This document shows, piece by piece, positions 25,923 through 35,169 of a stretch of 35,169 nucleotides of DNA. The notes under the pieces were generated by a model. The model had not been told where the DNA came from and ran no database searches. It worked only from the letters and a program-made list of their open reading frames with translations. Numbering within the stretch: the stretch's first letter is position 1; each line of letters opens with the position of its first letter. The position numbers and the translations under genes are program-made. This stretch comes from Nanobdellota archaeon (GTDB lineage Archaea > Nanobdellota > Nanobdellia > Woesearchaeales > GW2011-AR9), in the NCBI GenBank assembly GCA_030695685.1, contig JAUYPT010000078.1, positions 1 to 35,169 on the forward strand, read 5' to 3'.

Positions 25923-27495
25923 GATTTAACAAATGCTCAATGATAACAGCGTATGCCGGCCGGGCGACAAAAACACCAAAGGTAACGCCGGCGATTGTTG
26001 TTAATGCAAACCCTTTCAACAATCCTGCACCTGCCCATAACAAGGGCAGCATGCCGGCAATGGTCGTTAAATATGCGCCCATGACAACGAACATGGCATT
26101 TTTAATTCTCTTTTTCCAATCCGTTTCTGCTGCTCCTTTTACTGTTTCATCAGTAATGATAATAAAATGATCAACACCTGTCCCAATGGAAATGATAATC
26201 CCGGCAATAGCTGCTAAATCTAAATTCCAGCCAACGAAAGCAGCAAATCCCAAGAGCATGATTAATTCTGATAATAAACAAAAAACCATCGGAAGAATAA
26301 CTTTTAATTGGCGGTAGCGCACAAAGATAACCACAATAACAGCAGCAAGAGCTAAGATACCAACGATAAAGATATTATTCAAAAATTCTTTTCCTAAAGA
26401 AGGGGAAATAGTATCAAATTTAACGATATCTAATTTAACCGGCAAACTTCCCGTAATAATAATCGTCTGCAGCCGTTTCATTTCCGATAAAGAATTGGTT
26501 ACTGCTTCCGCTTCCGTTCTGCCCGCGCCGGATCCTGTAATTTGAACGCTCGTTGCCGCCTGGCCTTTCAAGCTGGAAACAATACGCAGGCGATCAACTT
26601 CGGCGTCATCTAAAAACAAGGTTAAATCTTCACTTAAATAAGAGCCTTCCACAATGGTTAATTTTTCAGTAGCTTTTGCTTGACGCTGTGCTGCTTCGGG
26701 GCTTAAGGTAATGCTAAAGAAAAAACTGCAGGCATAACTGCCATCGGCAAGACGGCCGCAGCCCCGCTGAGGGTCAATACCAGAACATTCTGCTGACCGG
26801 CAGACATAGGTAATATCTTCCTTGCCGCCAAAGAAAACGGTATTGTTGCCTATTTTTGCTTCAAACTTTCCCTGCCGGGCGAGAAGATTTTTCACTTCTT
26901 CTTCATTAACACCGGCAATCTCAATTAAAATAAATTTACCCCCGCTCAGATCCGACGCCGACCGGACAACAATATCACTCAAGCCAAAAACGTTCAGCCG
27001 TTCTGTTAAACTGGCAATAGTAATTTCTAATTCGTCAGCAGTAATTTCTGTTGCCGGCTTGAGCAGCACTCGTATACCGCCTTCAAGATCCAATCCCTTG
27101 CGTAAGTTTGTAAATGGTATATCTGATACTTTGAGGCCAAGATCAACAACGCCTTGCGAATCTGCCGTCGTCAAAAGAGTGTACGTATTGCGGTCTGTTT
27201 CCACACGAAGCGTAGTATTGCCTTCAACAGCACTGACCACAGAATAATAATCCTGCAATGACGTTATCTCCTGGCGATTAAGAGAAAGTATTTTTTCCCG
27301 TGCAGAAGACATCGTTGTGGGAGAGGGATTTTCAAGACCGGCATCAGCAGCAGAAGAATTTTGAGAAACGTGGCGAATAATAACACCGTCATGCCCAAAA
27401 ATCTGCGGTTTAATCGCAATAACAGAAAATAACAGGAACAGCAGTAACAGCATCACTCTCCAATTGAGGAGTAATTTCTTAAAAGCGGGTTTCAT
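25912..27495 (-). CDS. secD: Protein translocase subunit SecD (archaeal, with PDZ-like insert)
   Basis: GLDLEGG.RV, RLNVFGLSD, GSLPVKL, ISPSLG, LDLAAIAGII..IGTGVD..IIITDE, LKGFALTT. Confidence 0.96.
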   Translation of the reverse strand: MKPAFKKLLLNWRVMLLLLFLLFSVIAIKPQIFGHDGVIIRHVSQNSSAADAGLENPSPTTMSSAREKILSLNRQEITSLQDYYSVVSAVEGNTTLRVETDRNTYTLLTTADSQGVVDLGLKVSDIPFTNLRKGLDLEGGIRVLLKPATEITADELEITIASLTERLNVFGLSDIVVRSASDLSGGKFILIEIAGVNEEEVKNLLARQGKFEAKIGNNTVFFGGKEDITYVCRSAECSGIDPQRGCGRLADGSYACSFFFSITLSPEAAQRQAKATEKLTIVEGSYLSEDLTLFLDDAEVDRLRIVSSLKGQAATSVQITGSGAGRTEAEAVTNSLSEMKRLQTIIITGSLPVKLDIVKFDTISPSLGKEFLNNIFIVGILALAAVIVVIFVRYRQLKVILPMVFCLLSELIMLLGFAAFVGWNLDLAAIAGIIISIGTGVDHFIIITDETVKGAAETDWKKRIKNAMFVVMGAYLTTIAGMLPLLWAGAGLLKGFALTTIAGVTFGVFVARPAYAVIIEHLLNHEE

Positions 27496-28402
27496 CAGTT
27501 ACTTTTCCTCCTTTCAATGTCTTTTCGTGATAGAGACGGAGCGTGCCAACATTTTGAATCCAGGTCATAATAATATCAACAAATAATCCAATCAGCAAAA
27601 TAACCATGATTTGTTTTACAACATCGTTGCTGACAAAAATTAATGTTACGACCACTGCTGCAATCGCAGTTGTAGTCATGGTTAATCCTGTTTTAATAGC
27701 GCTGTAAATCCTTTCCATTACTGGCAGATCCTGCCTCTTAAAGAAACGAGACCCTAATAGAATATCAGTATCAACAGAATATCCAATGAGCATGAGAAAG
27801 GCAGCAACACCGGCAGTGCTTAATTTCATGCCTGTAAGATTAAAAATTGCTATCGTAACAACAATGTCAGAAAATGCCGCCAAAATGACGGTCAAGCTTG
27901 GAATAAGAGTTCTAAAATAGAGAAAGACGACAGCAGCCATCAGCACAAACGCAATTAATAAGGCAATTGCTGTCTGCTTAAAGAAACTTTTTCCCAACGA
28001 CGAGCCAATAATTTCAACACTATAATTTTCCTTTGTAAGTATAACTTTCTGTCCAAGAACAGAAAGCAGATTATCAATGTCGCTGCTTTCCTGGAGATCA
28101 GTATCGATAGCAAGACTCACAACACTGCCGGCTGTGGTTATAGTTCGTACTAAAATTTCCGTATCTGGAAAATTCTCCTGCAGAAAACGCTGTAAAGCTA
28201 TGGAATCAATGGAACCATCATCATTAACCGTTATCGTCGAGCCACCTTTTAACGTAATTCCTTTATTGACAAAATCACCTGTTTCGGCATACTGCCAGCC
28301 AATTTGCAGGAATGAACCGACTAATAGTAAGAAAGGAAAAAGGAGAAGATATTTGTACTGCTGTTCGTAAAATTTCTTGACAGAATCAAGCATCGATGTC
28401 AT
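27479..28402 (-). CDS. secF: Protein translocase subunit SecF
   Basis: GITLKGGS, IGSSLGKSF, FR...PS..VI.AAFSD, AFLMLIGYSVDTDILL, TG.TMT.T, TW.QN. Confidence 0.96.
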   Translation of the reverse strand: MTSMLDSVKKFYEQQYKYLLLFPFLLLVGSFLQIGWQYAETGDFVNKGITLKGGSTITVNDDGSIDSIALQRFLQENFPDTEILVRTITTAGSVVSLAIDTDLQESSDIDNLLSVLGQKVILTKENYSVEIIGSSLGKSFFKQTAIALLIAFVLMAAVVFLYFRTLIPSLTVILAAFSDIVVTIAIFNLTGMKLSTAGVAAFLMLIGYSVDTDILLGSRFFKRQDLPVMERIYSAIKTGLTMTTTAIAAVVVTLIFVSNDVVKQIMVILLIGLFVDIIMTWIQNVGTLRLYHEKTLKGGKVTDETRF

Positions 28403-28553
28403 CGTTGAGCTTGATTGATGAATGGTATATAAAGATTATGATGGTAATTTGCTGGTTCGAAACTTTGCACAAAAAGCCTTTTTTGCAAATTTACACAATT
28501 ATAGATTCTCTAGTTAATATATCATTATAAAAGAGTTTTAAGAAAATAATTTT

Positions 28554-29366
28554 GTGAAAATTGTTATACCAGACTCCGATGATCCATTTGAACAGGCAGT
28601 CGATTGTTTTAAAGCCATTCAAAGTTTGGATCAAAATGATAAAATTGATTTAAGTAAAGTCTTATGGATTAGTCCTTTTGTTGCTTTAATGTTAAGTCAT
28701 AAAATTGAGGAATTACGTTTAAAAGGACATTCTTTAGATATAATAAAACCAGAATCTGTTAAAGTGCAAAATTATTTACAAAAGATTGGATTTCCTTTAG
28801 GTAGCGATTATATAAAAGGAAATACTGCTTTTCCGATAAAGCATTTTAACTCGAATCCAGAAAAAGCCATTGTAGATCTTTATAAATATATAGAATCGAC
28901 ATTCCCGGTGGAACTGAGGGGAAATACTATAAATTATATTCTTAGTGAATTAGTTGATAATGTGGATCAACATTCGAAGTATTCAACTGCTACAGTATTA
29001 GCACAATACTATCCTTTAAAAAAGTATATTGATATTGGAGTAGTAGACAATGGTTACTCCATCCCAGGAGTATTTACAGATAACGGAATCGACTTTGTGG
29101 AAGACCATAATGCGATTAAGTTAGCACTAGAGGGTGTTTCTACCAAAAATGAAGAGGGTAGAGGTAAAGGGTTACAATCGACGAGTAAATTAACAACCAA
29201 AGAATTAAAAGGTACACTTTATGCTTTTTCTAGAAACGGAGCAATGGTATTAACAGAAAATGTTAGAGAAGCATATAAACTTCAAGACACTCAATTGAAA
29301 GGAACACTGATATATTTAAGATTTGCCGTGCCTAAAACTAGCGTTAACCTTACTCCCTATTACTAA
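28554..29366 (+). CDS. GHKL/HATPase_c-domain protein with N-terminal STAS-like segment
   Basis: N-box LSELVDNVDQHS, G1 VVDNGYSIP, G2 EGVSTK....RGKGL, terminal GT..YL; N-terminal IDLSKVLWISP; AT-rich DNA. Confidence 0.85.
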   Translation: MKIVIPDSDDPFEQAVDCFKAIQSLDQNDKIDLSKVLWISPFVALMLSHKIEELRLKGHSLDIIKPESVKVQNYLQKIGFPLGSDYIKGNTAFPIKHFNSNPEKAIVDLYKYIESTFPVELRGNTINYILSELVDNVDQHSKYSTATVLAQYYPLKKYIDIGVVDNGYSIPGVFTDNGIDFVEDHNAIKLALEGVSTKNEEGRGKGLQSTSKLTTKELKGTLYAFSRNGAMVLTENVREAYKLQDTQLKGTLIYLRFAVPKTSVNLTPYY

Positions 29367-29367
29367 A

Positions 29368-29655
29368 ATGAAAACTATTTGTGTTTTAGAGCAACTGGAC
29401 GAATATCTTTCAACAAGAAATAGTATTAAAAGTTTTTTCATTTATATAGAAAATCTCCCTGAAACAGAAATATGCTTAGATTTTACAAATATTAAATTCA
29501 TTTCACGCTCTTCTGCTGATGAGTATTTAAAGCAAAAAAAAGCATCATTAAAGATCATTTATGAAAAGAATATGCCTAATGAGATAAAACACATTTTAAT
29601 ATCTGTTTCAGGGAATTCTGAGAATTTTCGTCAAACAAATGTAATTCCTTGCTAA
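29368..29655 (+). CDS. Small STAS-like (DUF4325-type) protein
   Basis: L.TR.S ... I.LDFTNIKFISRSSADE; ATG 1 nt after the kinase stop. Confidence 0.8.
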   Translation: MKTICVLEQLDEYLSTRNSIKSFFIYIENLPETEICLDFTNIKFISRSSADEYLKQKKASLKIIYEKNMPNEIKHILISVSGNSENFRQTNVIPC

Positions 29656-29704
29656 ATTCGATCATCCCATAACATTTATAAACATTAATTAACTTTCCTG
29701 TACT

Positions 29705-30649
29705 GTGGAATTGTTAGAATTACGAGGAGTTGGTAAAGCGTTTAAGGAGGCGCAGATTCTGAAGAATGTTGATATCATTATTGAAGAAGGCGACATTCTC
29801 GGCGTCATCGGCCAATCCGGCGGCGGCAAAACGACACTGCTTAATCTGATTACTGGTTTCATCGAACCAAGTGAAGGAGAAATTTTATATTATTCTAAAG
29901 CGTATAATGAAAAACGGGATTTAAATGAAAATTTACACAAAATAAAACGGTTTTTTGGATTCACACCGCAGCATAATTCATTTTATCCTAAATTAACGGT
30001 GAAGGAAAACCTGCTTCATTTTGGAAGGTTATATGATCTTGATGAAGCAACATTAAATACCAATATCAAGAACCTGCTTCAGTTCACCCGCCTTAGCGAC
30101 CAACAACATAAGATTGCCGACCAACTTTCCGGCGGAATGCAGAAAAGACTGGATATTTCCTGCAGCCTTGTCCATAAGCCAAAAATTTTAATACTGGACG
30201 AGCCGACGGCGGATTTAGACCCAATCTTACAGAAAGAAATTCTTCACTTGCTGCAGGAAGTGAACAAGCAAGGCGTTACCATCATTATTGCTTCTCACCA
30301 GCTCGACAGCATCGAACAAACATGCAATAAAGTAGCCATAGTTCATGGCGGAACTATCCAGTGTCACGGTTTGCTCGACGACATTCGAAATCCACCGGCG
30401 CAGGATCATTTTACGATTAGCATCTCCGCAGATGAAAAAGAACAAATCATGAACCGGCTTAAGACCTATCCTATTAAAAAAATTATTGAGCGTGGCAATT
30501 CCCTGGTCATTTATCCTGCTGATGCCGAAAGGACGATGGCCAGAGTATTAAGTTTGGTCAAGTCAGATCATTTAAAGCTGCATACAATGCACCTGCGCAA
30601 ACAGTCGTTAAGTGACGTCTTTGAAAAAATAGTCCACGACCAACAATAG
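29705..30649 (+). CDS. ABC transporter ATP-binding protein (ABC-2 type)
   Basis: GQSGGGKTT, LSGGMQKRL, ILILDEPT..LD, ASH. Confidence 0.96.
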   Translation: MELLELRGVGKAFKEAQILKNVDIIIEEGDILGVIGQSGGGKTTLLNLITGFIEPSEGEILYYSKAYNEKRDLNENLHKIKRFFGFTPQHNSFYPKLTVKENLLHFGRLYDLDEATLNTNIKNLLQFTRLSDQQHKIADQLSGGMQKRLDISCSLVHKPKILILDEPTADLDPILQKEILHLLQEVNKQGVTIIIASHQLDSIEQTCNKVAIVHGGTIQCHGLLDDIRNPPAQDHFTISISADEKEQIMNRLKTYPIKKIIERGNSLVIYPADAERTMARVLSLVKSDHLKLHTMHLRKQSLSDVFEKIVHDQQ

Positions 30650-30660
30650 AAATAAAAGAT

Positions 30661-32421
30661 GTGAATAACATGATTAAAGAGTTTATAGCAGTATTATCTA
30701 ATCCGCATTTGATGGTAAAACCGTTTCGGCAGTTATGGTTATTGACGATCAAAAATTTACGGCTGCTATTACGGTCGCGGGCATCAGCATTAATTATCAT
30801 TTTTGCGCCACTGATTATGATTCTGATTATTGGCTTATCCTATAATACGTCTGCCCAGTTTGGGTTAAATATTGGAATTGCCGTGGATTCTTTTACAGAG
30901 GATGTAGAATCTTTTGTGACACTGTTAGAAGAGGAAGAGTTTACCATCCACCGCTATGAAGCATCATTAGATGATTGCATAGCAGACATCAAAAGCAGCA
31001 AGGTTCATACGTGTATTACACTTCCACAGAGTTTCAGTGTAGAAGATAATTCCCAAAAAGAAGTTACATTTTATATCGACCCCAGCAGGATTAACATTGT
31101 CTGGATGATCCAGGAAACGGTTAAAACAAAATTTAATATCAAATCGCAGGAAATATCGCAGGATTTAGCACAGAATGTGCTTACACAGTTGACAGATACT
31201 AAAAATGTTCTCCTTGCGGAAGAAAGCAATTTAAATGCTGTAAAAGCAAAAACAGGAGTTGCATCGACCGGCGCGACAACAGCAAAACAAAATTTAGCAG
31301 TCATTGATTTGACGGTAAGTACTTCTGCGAATGAATCTGCAGCTGTTGACGAAGATCTTAATACTGCGAACGATTTACTCAGCGATGTTCTTGGGTATCT
31401 TGGTTCTATCGAAGATGAATCACAGCGGGAAGCCGCGAGGGATGCACTCAACGAAGCAAAAGAGATGCTTTATGGAGATGTTGATGAAAATGAAAGTTTT
31501 AATGGGGCTATCGGCGCACTGCAAGCAGATTTGAACTCATTAGGGCAGAAATTAGGCACTGCTGCTGATGCCATTGGAAAATCAAATACAGATATTGATA
31601 CCGTTATTGCAACGCTGCAAGAAGCTATTTCAGATATTGAGGCAGTGCAGTTAGGGTTAAGCACGAGTTATACTAATCTTGATTCTCAAAAAGTTACTAG
31701 TGCTGATACTATCACCTCTCCTATTGTTACCAAGATTGAAAGAGTAAGCCCTGAAAGCACATACCTGAATTATTTATTTCCGGCTTTATTGGTTATGGTC
31801 GTGATGTTCAGTTCTCTGCTCTTAGGAACAACACTGGTGATGATTGAAAAAAACAGCCCTGCCTTCCTGCGGAATTTCTTCCTTCCTGTAAAAAAGATCA
31901 TCTTTGTGATGTCAATTTATGTCACTAATATCATACTGATACTAACAGAAATTATCATTATTTTAGGAATATCATTATTCTTCCTTAAAAATTCCCTTCC
32001 CGTGCTGCCTGCCGTCGCTTTCATCCTGTTTGTGACCGCATCAGTGTTTACATTCTTGGGAATGACTATTGGCTATTTGTTTACCTCAGAAGAAACCGGC
32101 GTTCTGGCATCAATTTCCTTAGGCAGTATTTTTCTCTTTGTCTCTGGCGTGATACTGCCATTAGAAGGAGTATCTCCCTTAATCCGAAAGATTACGTTTT
32201 TTAATCCTTTTGTTATTGCTGAAAAATTAGTTCGGGAAATTTTTATCTTTAATACCTCTTTCTCGCTCTTGAATTCCGATTTGGGATTGTTAATAGCGTA
32301 TGGGATACTGTTATTTATTACGATTATGATTATAGAATCGTTTGTACATGAGCACGTCGTCCGTAAAATGCTGAAGCATCACCACCGCGCACAAGTCAAG
32401 GAAAGTAAAGAGATGCAGTAA
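30661..32421 (+). CDS. ABC-2 permease with large extracellular coiled-coil domain (YhgE/Pip-like architecture); start uncertain
   Basis: KNL.LL.R + TM, long heptad-rich soluble region, C-terminal multi-TM domain with SGVILPLE...I..I..FNP. Confidence 0.9.
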   Translation: MNNMIKEFIAVLSNPHLMVKPFRQLWLLTIKNLRLLLRSRASALIIIFAPLIMILIIGLSYNTSAQFGLNIGIAVDSFTEDVESFVTLLEEEEFTIHRYEASLDDCIADIKSSKVHTCITLPQSFSVEDNSQKEVTFYIDPSRINIVWMIQETVKTKFNIKSQEISQDLAQNVLTQLTDTKNVLLAEESNLNAVKAKTGVASTGATTAKQNLAVIDLTVSTSANESAAVDEDLNTANDLLSDVLGYLGSIEDESQREAARDALNEAKEMLYGDVDENESFNGAIGALQADLNSLGQKLGTAADAIGKSNTDIDTVIATLQEAISDIEAVQLGLSTSYTNLDSQKVTSADTITSPIVTKIERVSPESTYLNYLFPALLVMVVMFSSLLLGTTLVMIEKNSPAFLRNFFLPVKKIIFVMSIYVTNIILILTEIIIILGISLFFLKNSLPVLPAVAFILFVTASVFTFLGMTIGYLFTSEETGVLASISLGSIFLFVSGVILPLEGVSPLIRKITFFNPFVIAEKLVREIFIFNTSFSLLNSDLGLLIAYGILLFITIMIIESFVHEHVVRKMLKHHHRAQVKESKEMQ

Positions 32422-32456
32422 GCAGATTTATAATTCATTGTTTCTTTCATTGATTG

Positions 32457-32972
32457 ATGGTTAAAAAAGTTATAGTCATTACCGGAACTCCTGGTGTTGG
32501 CAAATCAACGCTGGCAAAAATAGTAGCATCAAGATTAAAATTAGAACGATTAGATTTATCGCAGTATTATAATAAAATATCCACTAGGTATAACCGGAAA
32601 AAGCATTGTTATGATGTTGACCGTACAAAGTTTATTGCGCTTGTGAAGAGCAAACTAAAAGAAAGTGAGAAAGGATTAATTATTGATTCGCATATTGCTC
32701 ATCTCTTACCGAAGAGAATGGTAGATTTGTGTATTGTGCTGATATGTTCTAACCTTACATTATTGCAACGAAGATTGAACAAGAGAGGATACAGCCAAAA
32801 GAAAATAAGAGAGAATCTTGATGCGGAGATTTTTCAAGTCTGTTTATTGGAAGCCAAAGAGAAAGGGCATAAAGTAGTGGTTGTTGATGGCTGTACATTT
32901 TCTTCAAAAAAAATGATTACGCAAATTTGGCCTGCGCTGAAGAATCTTGGAAAGAAACGTACGTTAAGTTAA
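32457..32972 (+). CDS. Adenylate kinase, AK6/Fap7 type
   Basis: ITGTPGVGKST, IIDSH, L.RRL..RGYS..KIRENLDAEI. Confidence 0.93.
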   Translation: MVKKVIVITGTPGVGKSTLAKIVASRLKLERLDLSQYYNKISTRYNRKKHCYDVDRTKFIALVKSKLKESEKGLIIDSHIAHLLPKRMVDLCIVLICSNLTLLQRRLNKRGYSQKKIRENLDAEIFQVCLLEAKEKGHKVVVVDGCTFSSKKMITQIWPALKNLGKKRTLS

Positions 32973-33690
32973 GTAAGTTTTGAAGAGTGCTAGAGTCTAT
33001 GAATCGTCCTTTTTGAAAGAATACTCGCTCAAAAAGATTATTAATCGTCTTCTCATAAGCAATAAGAGAGCTTTGACTTCCTTCGAACAATGACCGCTCA
33101 AATTTAAAATTATGGTTATTCATTGAATTCCTGCCAGAATTGCCAAAACTATAATTCCTGTTAACAAAAAAATCAGCGTCGATGGATTTTGTATCGTTCC
33201 CTACTCTGAATAAAGCTGTTCCCCTAATAGCAGAATTTACAGCTTCAATATTATAACCAAAACCGACGCTTTCAATTTTTCCTGACTCCAAAACAGAATG
33301 AGTCGCAAAAAGATGTACTTTGATATTAGTAACTAATTCATGCTTTTTTTTTGATATGGAGCAAGTAATCTTATTTCCAGAGCCATCACGAGAAGCAGTG
33401 ATGGAATCGAGATAAAAACCTGAATCTAGATAACGATAGGTCCCAAAATTTAATGGTACCTTCCCTGTCGAACTTCTCCGCAGTTCTTCAGGGATGTAAA
33501 TATCGCCATTGTGATAATGCGGCAACACCACAGGCAAACCAGCTATAGTCTTATGAATTTTATATGAATCTGGATGTTTATTATCAAATCCTAGCCATTC
33601 CAAAAAAGTCAGCCGCCGAAGAGGAAGTGATAATTGTTCGCCTTGATTTAACTGATAATTAAACGTTACCAAATCTTCCAAGATAGACAT
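32917..33690 (-). CDS. Hypothetical protein
   Basis: Long ORF; likely start ATG 33690 (MSILED); 3' end overlaps the kinase gene by 56 nt. Confidence 0.7.
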   Translation of the reverse strand: MSILEDLVTFNYQLNQGEQLSLPLRRLTFLEWLGFDNKHPDSYKIHKTIAGLPVVLPHYHNGDIYIPEELRRSSTGKVPLNFGTYRYLDSGFYLDSITASRDGSGNKITCSISKKKHELVTNIKVHLFATHSVLESGKIESVGFGYNIEAVNSAIRGTALFRVGNDTKSIDADFFVNRNYSFGNSGRNSMNNHNFKFERSLFEGSQSSLIAYEKTINNLFERVFFQKGRFIDSSTLQNLLNLTYVSFQDSSAQAKFA

Positions 33691-33788
33691 GAGCGGTTTG
33701 AATTCTAGCTTATTTATAATATTTATGAAAGTTGAAATGAAAATATCCCTCACAAATCTTTATAAATTAATTCCGATTGTTCTCTTCT

Positions 33789-34889
33789 ATGACTTTAACA
33801 GCACAGCAAAAATTGTACTTAAAAAAAACGATTCGGGAATTAAAAGGCTTTCGCGCCGGCCATACAGAATTTGTCAGCGTTTATGTCCCGAAAGGATACG
33901 ATCTAACGAAAGTCATCAATCATCTTGCTGAAGAGCAGGGAACAGCTGCCAACATTAAATCAGCATCGACCCGGAAAAATGTGCAGTCGGCATTAGAAAG
34001 AATGATCCAGCACCTGCGCACGGTTACGCGAACACCGGAAAATGGCCTCGCTGCGTTTTCAGGGAATGTTGCTTCGATGGAAGGAAAACAAGATCTGCGA
34101 GTTTGGAGCATCGAGCCTCCTGTCCCATTAAACATCCGCATTTATCGCTGTGACAAAAATTTTGTGGTTGACATCCTGGAAGATATGCTTTCAGAACACC
34201 AAGTTTATGGCCTGGTCGTGTTAGACCGCAGGGATGCCATTCTTGCCTTACTGAAAGGAAAAACGATTGTACCGCTTCAAAAAACGCATTCTGAAGTGCC
34301 GGGGAAATTTAAAGCCGGGGGACAAAGTGCTCAGAGATTCGCACGAATACGGGAAGGTGCATATAAAGACCATTTCAAAAAAATATCAGATTACATGAAA
34401 GACCAATTCCTGCCGCTGGGAATTAATCTTAAAGGCATTATTATCGGCGGTCCTGGAACGACTGTCCAGGATTTCTTAAACAAGGATTACATTACGGGCG
34501 ATATCAAAAAGAAAATTATTGGAACGAGAGACCTTTCTTACACCGATGAATTTGGATTGCAGGAACTTCTGGATAAATCGCAGGATTTGCTGGCAGAAGA
34601 AGAAATTGCCATCGAAAAAAAGGCGATGCAGCAGTTTTTCACCAAGATGATGGAGAACCCTAAAAAAGTAACTTATGGAGAAACAGAAACTCTCAAAGCG
34701 CTGGAGATGAATGCCGTAGACGTTTTACTGCTTTCAGAAATTATGTCTGAAGATAAAATTTTCGAGCTGGAAGACAAAGCAAAACAGGGCGGCTCAACTG
34801 TTAAAATCATTTCATTGGAAACACGGGAAGGCGTGCAGCTGCGGGATTTAGGCGGCATTGCAGCTATCTTACGGTTTGAGATAGAGTAA
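33789..34889 (+). CDS. prf1: Peptide chain release factor aRF1
   Basis: TEFVSVY.P, ANIKS, YRCD..F, GKFKAGGQSAQRF.R, GGPG, GGIAAILRF. Confidence 0.98.
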   Translation: MTLTAQQKLYLKKTIRELKGFRAGHTEFVSVYVPKGYDLTKVINHLAEEQGTAANIKSASTRKNVQSALERMIQHLRTVTRTPENGLAAFSGNVASMEGKQDLRVWSIEPPVPLNIRIYRCDKNFVVDILEDMLSEHQVYGLVVLDRRDAILALLKGKTIVPLQKTHSEVPGKFKAGGQSAQRFARIREGAYKDHFKKISDYMKDQFLPLGINLKGIIIGGPGTTVQDFLNKDYITGDIKKKIIGTRDLSYTDEFGLQELLDKSQDLLAEEEIAIEKKAMQQFFTKMMENPKKVTYGETETLKALEMNAVDVLLLSEIMSEDKIFELEDKAKQGGSTVKIISLETREGVQLRDLGGIAAILRFEIE

Positions 34890-34948
34890 TTTTAGGATAG
34901 ACATTCTCAACGAAATGATTATAAAATAGATACAGCGTAGAGCAAAGA

Positions 34949-35169
34949 ATGGATCTCATCCAAGAATCATTCCAACGATTATTTCCGGAACAAGAATTCC
35001 GCTATAAAACAGCGATGGAATATAACAGAAGACTTTCTCATTTTAATGCCAACGTCAAATTGGAATACAACACGCTCTCTGTCAATCTTAACCTGCAGTG
35101 GAAAGATATTGATGATGAAATTAAGATCGGGTTGATACAGCATTTGTTGTTAAAAATATTGAAACAGAA
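34949..35169 (+). CDS. Hypothetical protein, partial (possibly N-terminus of a SprT/YgjP-like protein)
   Basis: Open from ATG 34949 to the window end: MDLIQESFQRLFPE...YNRRLSHFNANV...WKDIDDEIKIGLIQHLLLKI. Confidence 0.7.
   Translation, partial: MDLIQESFQRLFPEQEFRYKTAMEYNRRLSHFNANVKLEYNTLSVNLNLQWKDIDDEIKIGLIQHLLLKILKQ

Noticed and set aside
28451..28470. tRNA T-arm-like GCTGGTTCGAAAC as a tRNA gene or att site
   Set aside because: The T-stem does not pair, no cloverleaf can be built and no second copy was seen
1..35169. CRISPR array, transposase/integrase, or box C/D guide RNA near nop5-fibrillarin
   Set aside because: No regularly spaced repeats or recombinase motifs seen by eye; no convincing C, D', C', D box set in the intergenic regions

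Overview
Archaeal chromosomal window, most consistent with a DPANN/Woesearchaeota-like genome (inferred from gene content and protein style, not from a search). 1-8773 (minus strand) is the archaeal S10-spc ribosomal protein cluster (uL3-uL4-uL23-[orphan ORF]-uL2-uS19-uL22-uS3-uL29-SUI1-Rpp29-uS17-uL14-uL24-eS4-uL5-uS14-uS8), preceded by a ~160-nt structured leader. The rest holds housekeeping genes (Nop5, fibrillarin, ferredoxin, RFC small subunit, PRC-barrel protein, TraB-family protein, RNase P RNA, Sec61beta, NAC, MinD-like ATPase, SecD/SecF, ABC-2 exporter, AK6-type kinase, aRF1) interleaved with orphan and accessory genes. The best candidate for an undescribed system is at 22497-23661: two paralogous HEPN-like helical proteins flanking a 150-nt GC-rich structured element closed by a perfect 14-bp stem. 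Also notable: the r-protein leader with possible alternative pairings, an RNase P RNA with an unusual helix set, an orphan gene inside the uL23-uL2 junction, a lipoprotein-type cyanophycinase frameshifted next to its catalytic Ser, a STAS/GHKL-kinase module, a three-hairpin spacer between paired surface lipoproteins, and a 32-aa sORF behind the PRC-barrel gene. I recognised no CRISPR array, tRNA, rRNA or transposase.
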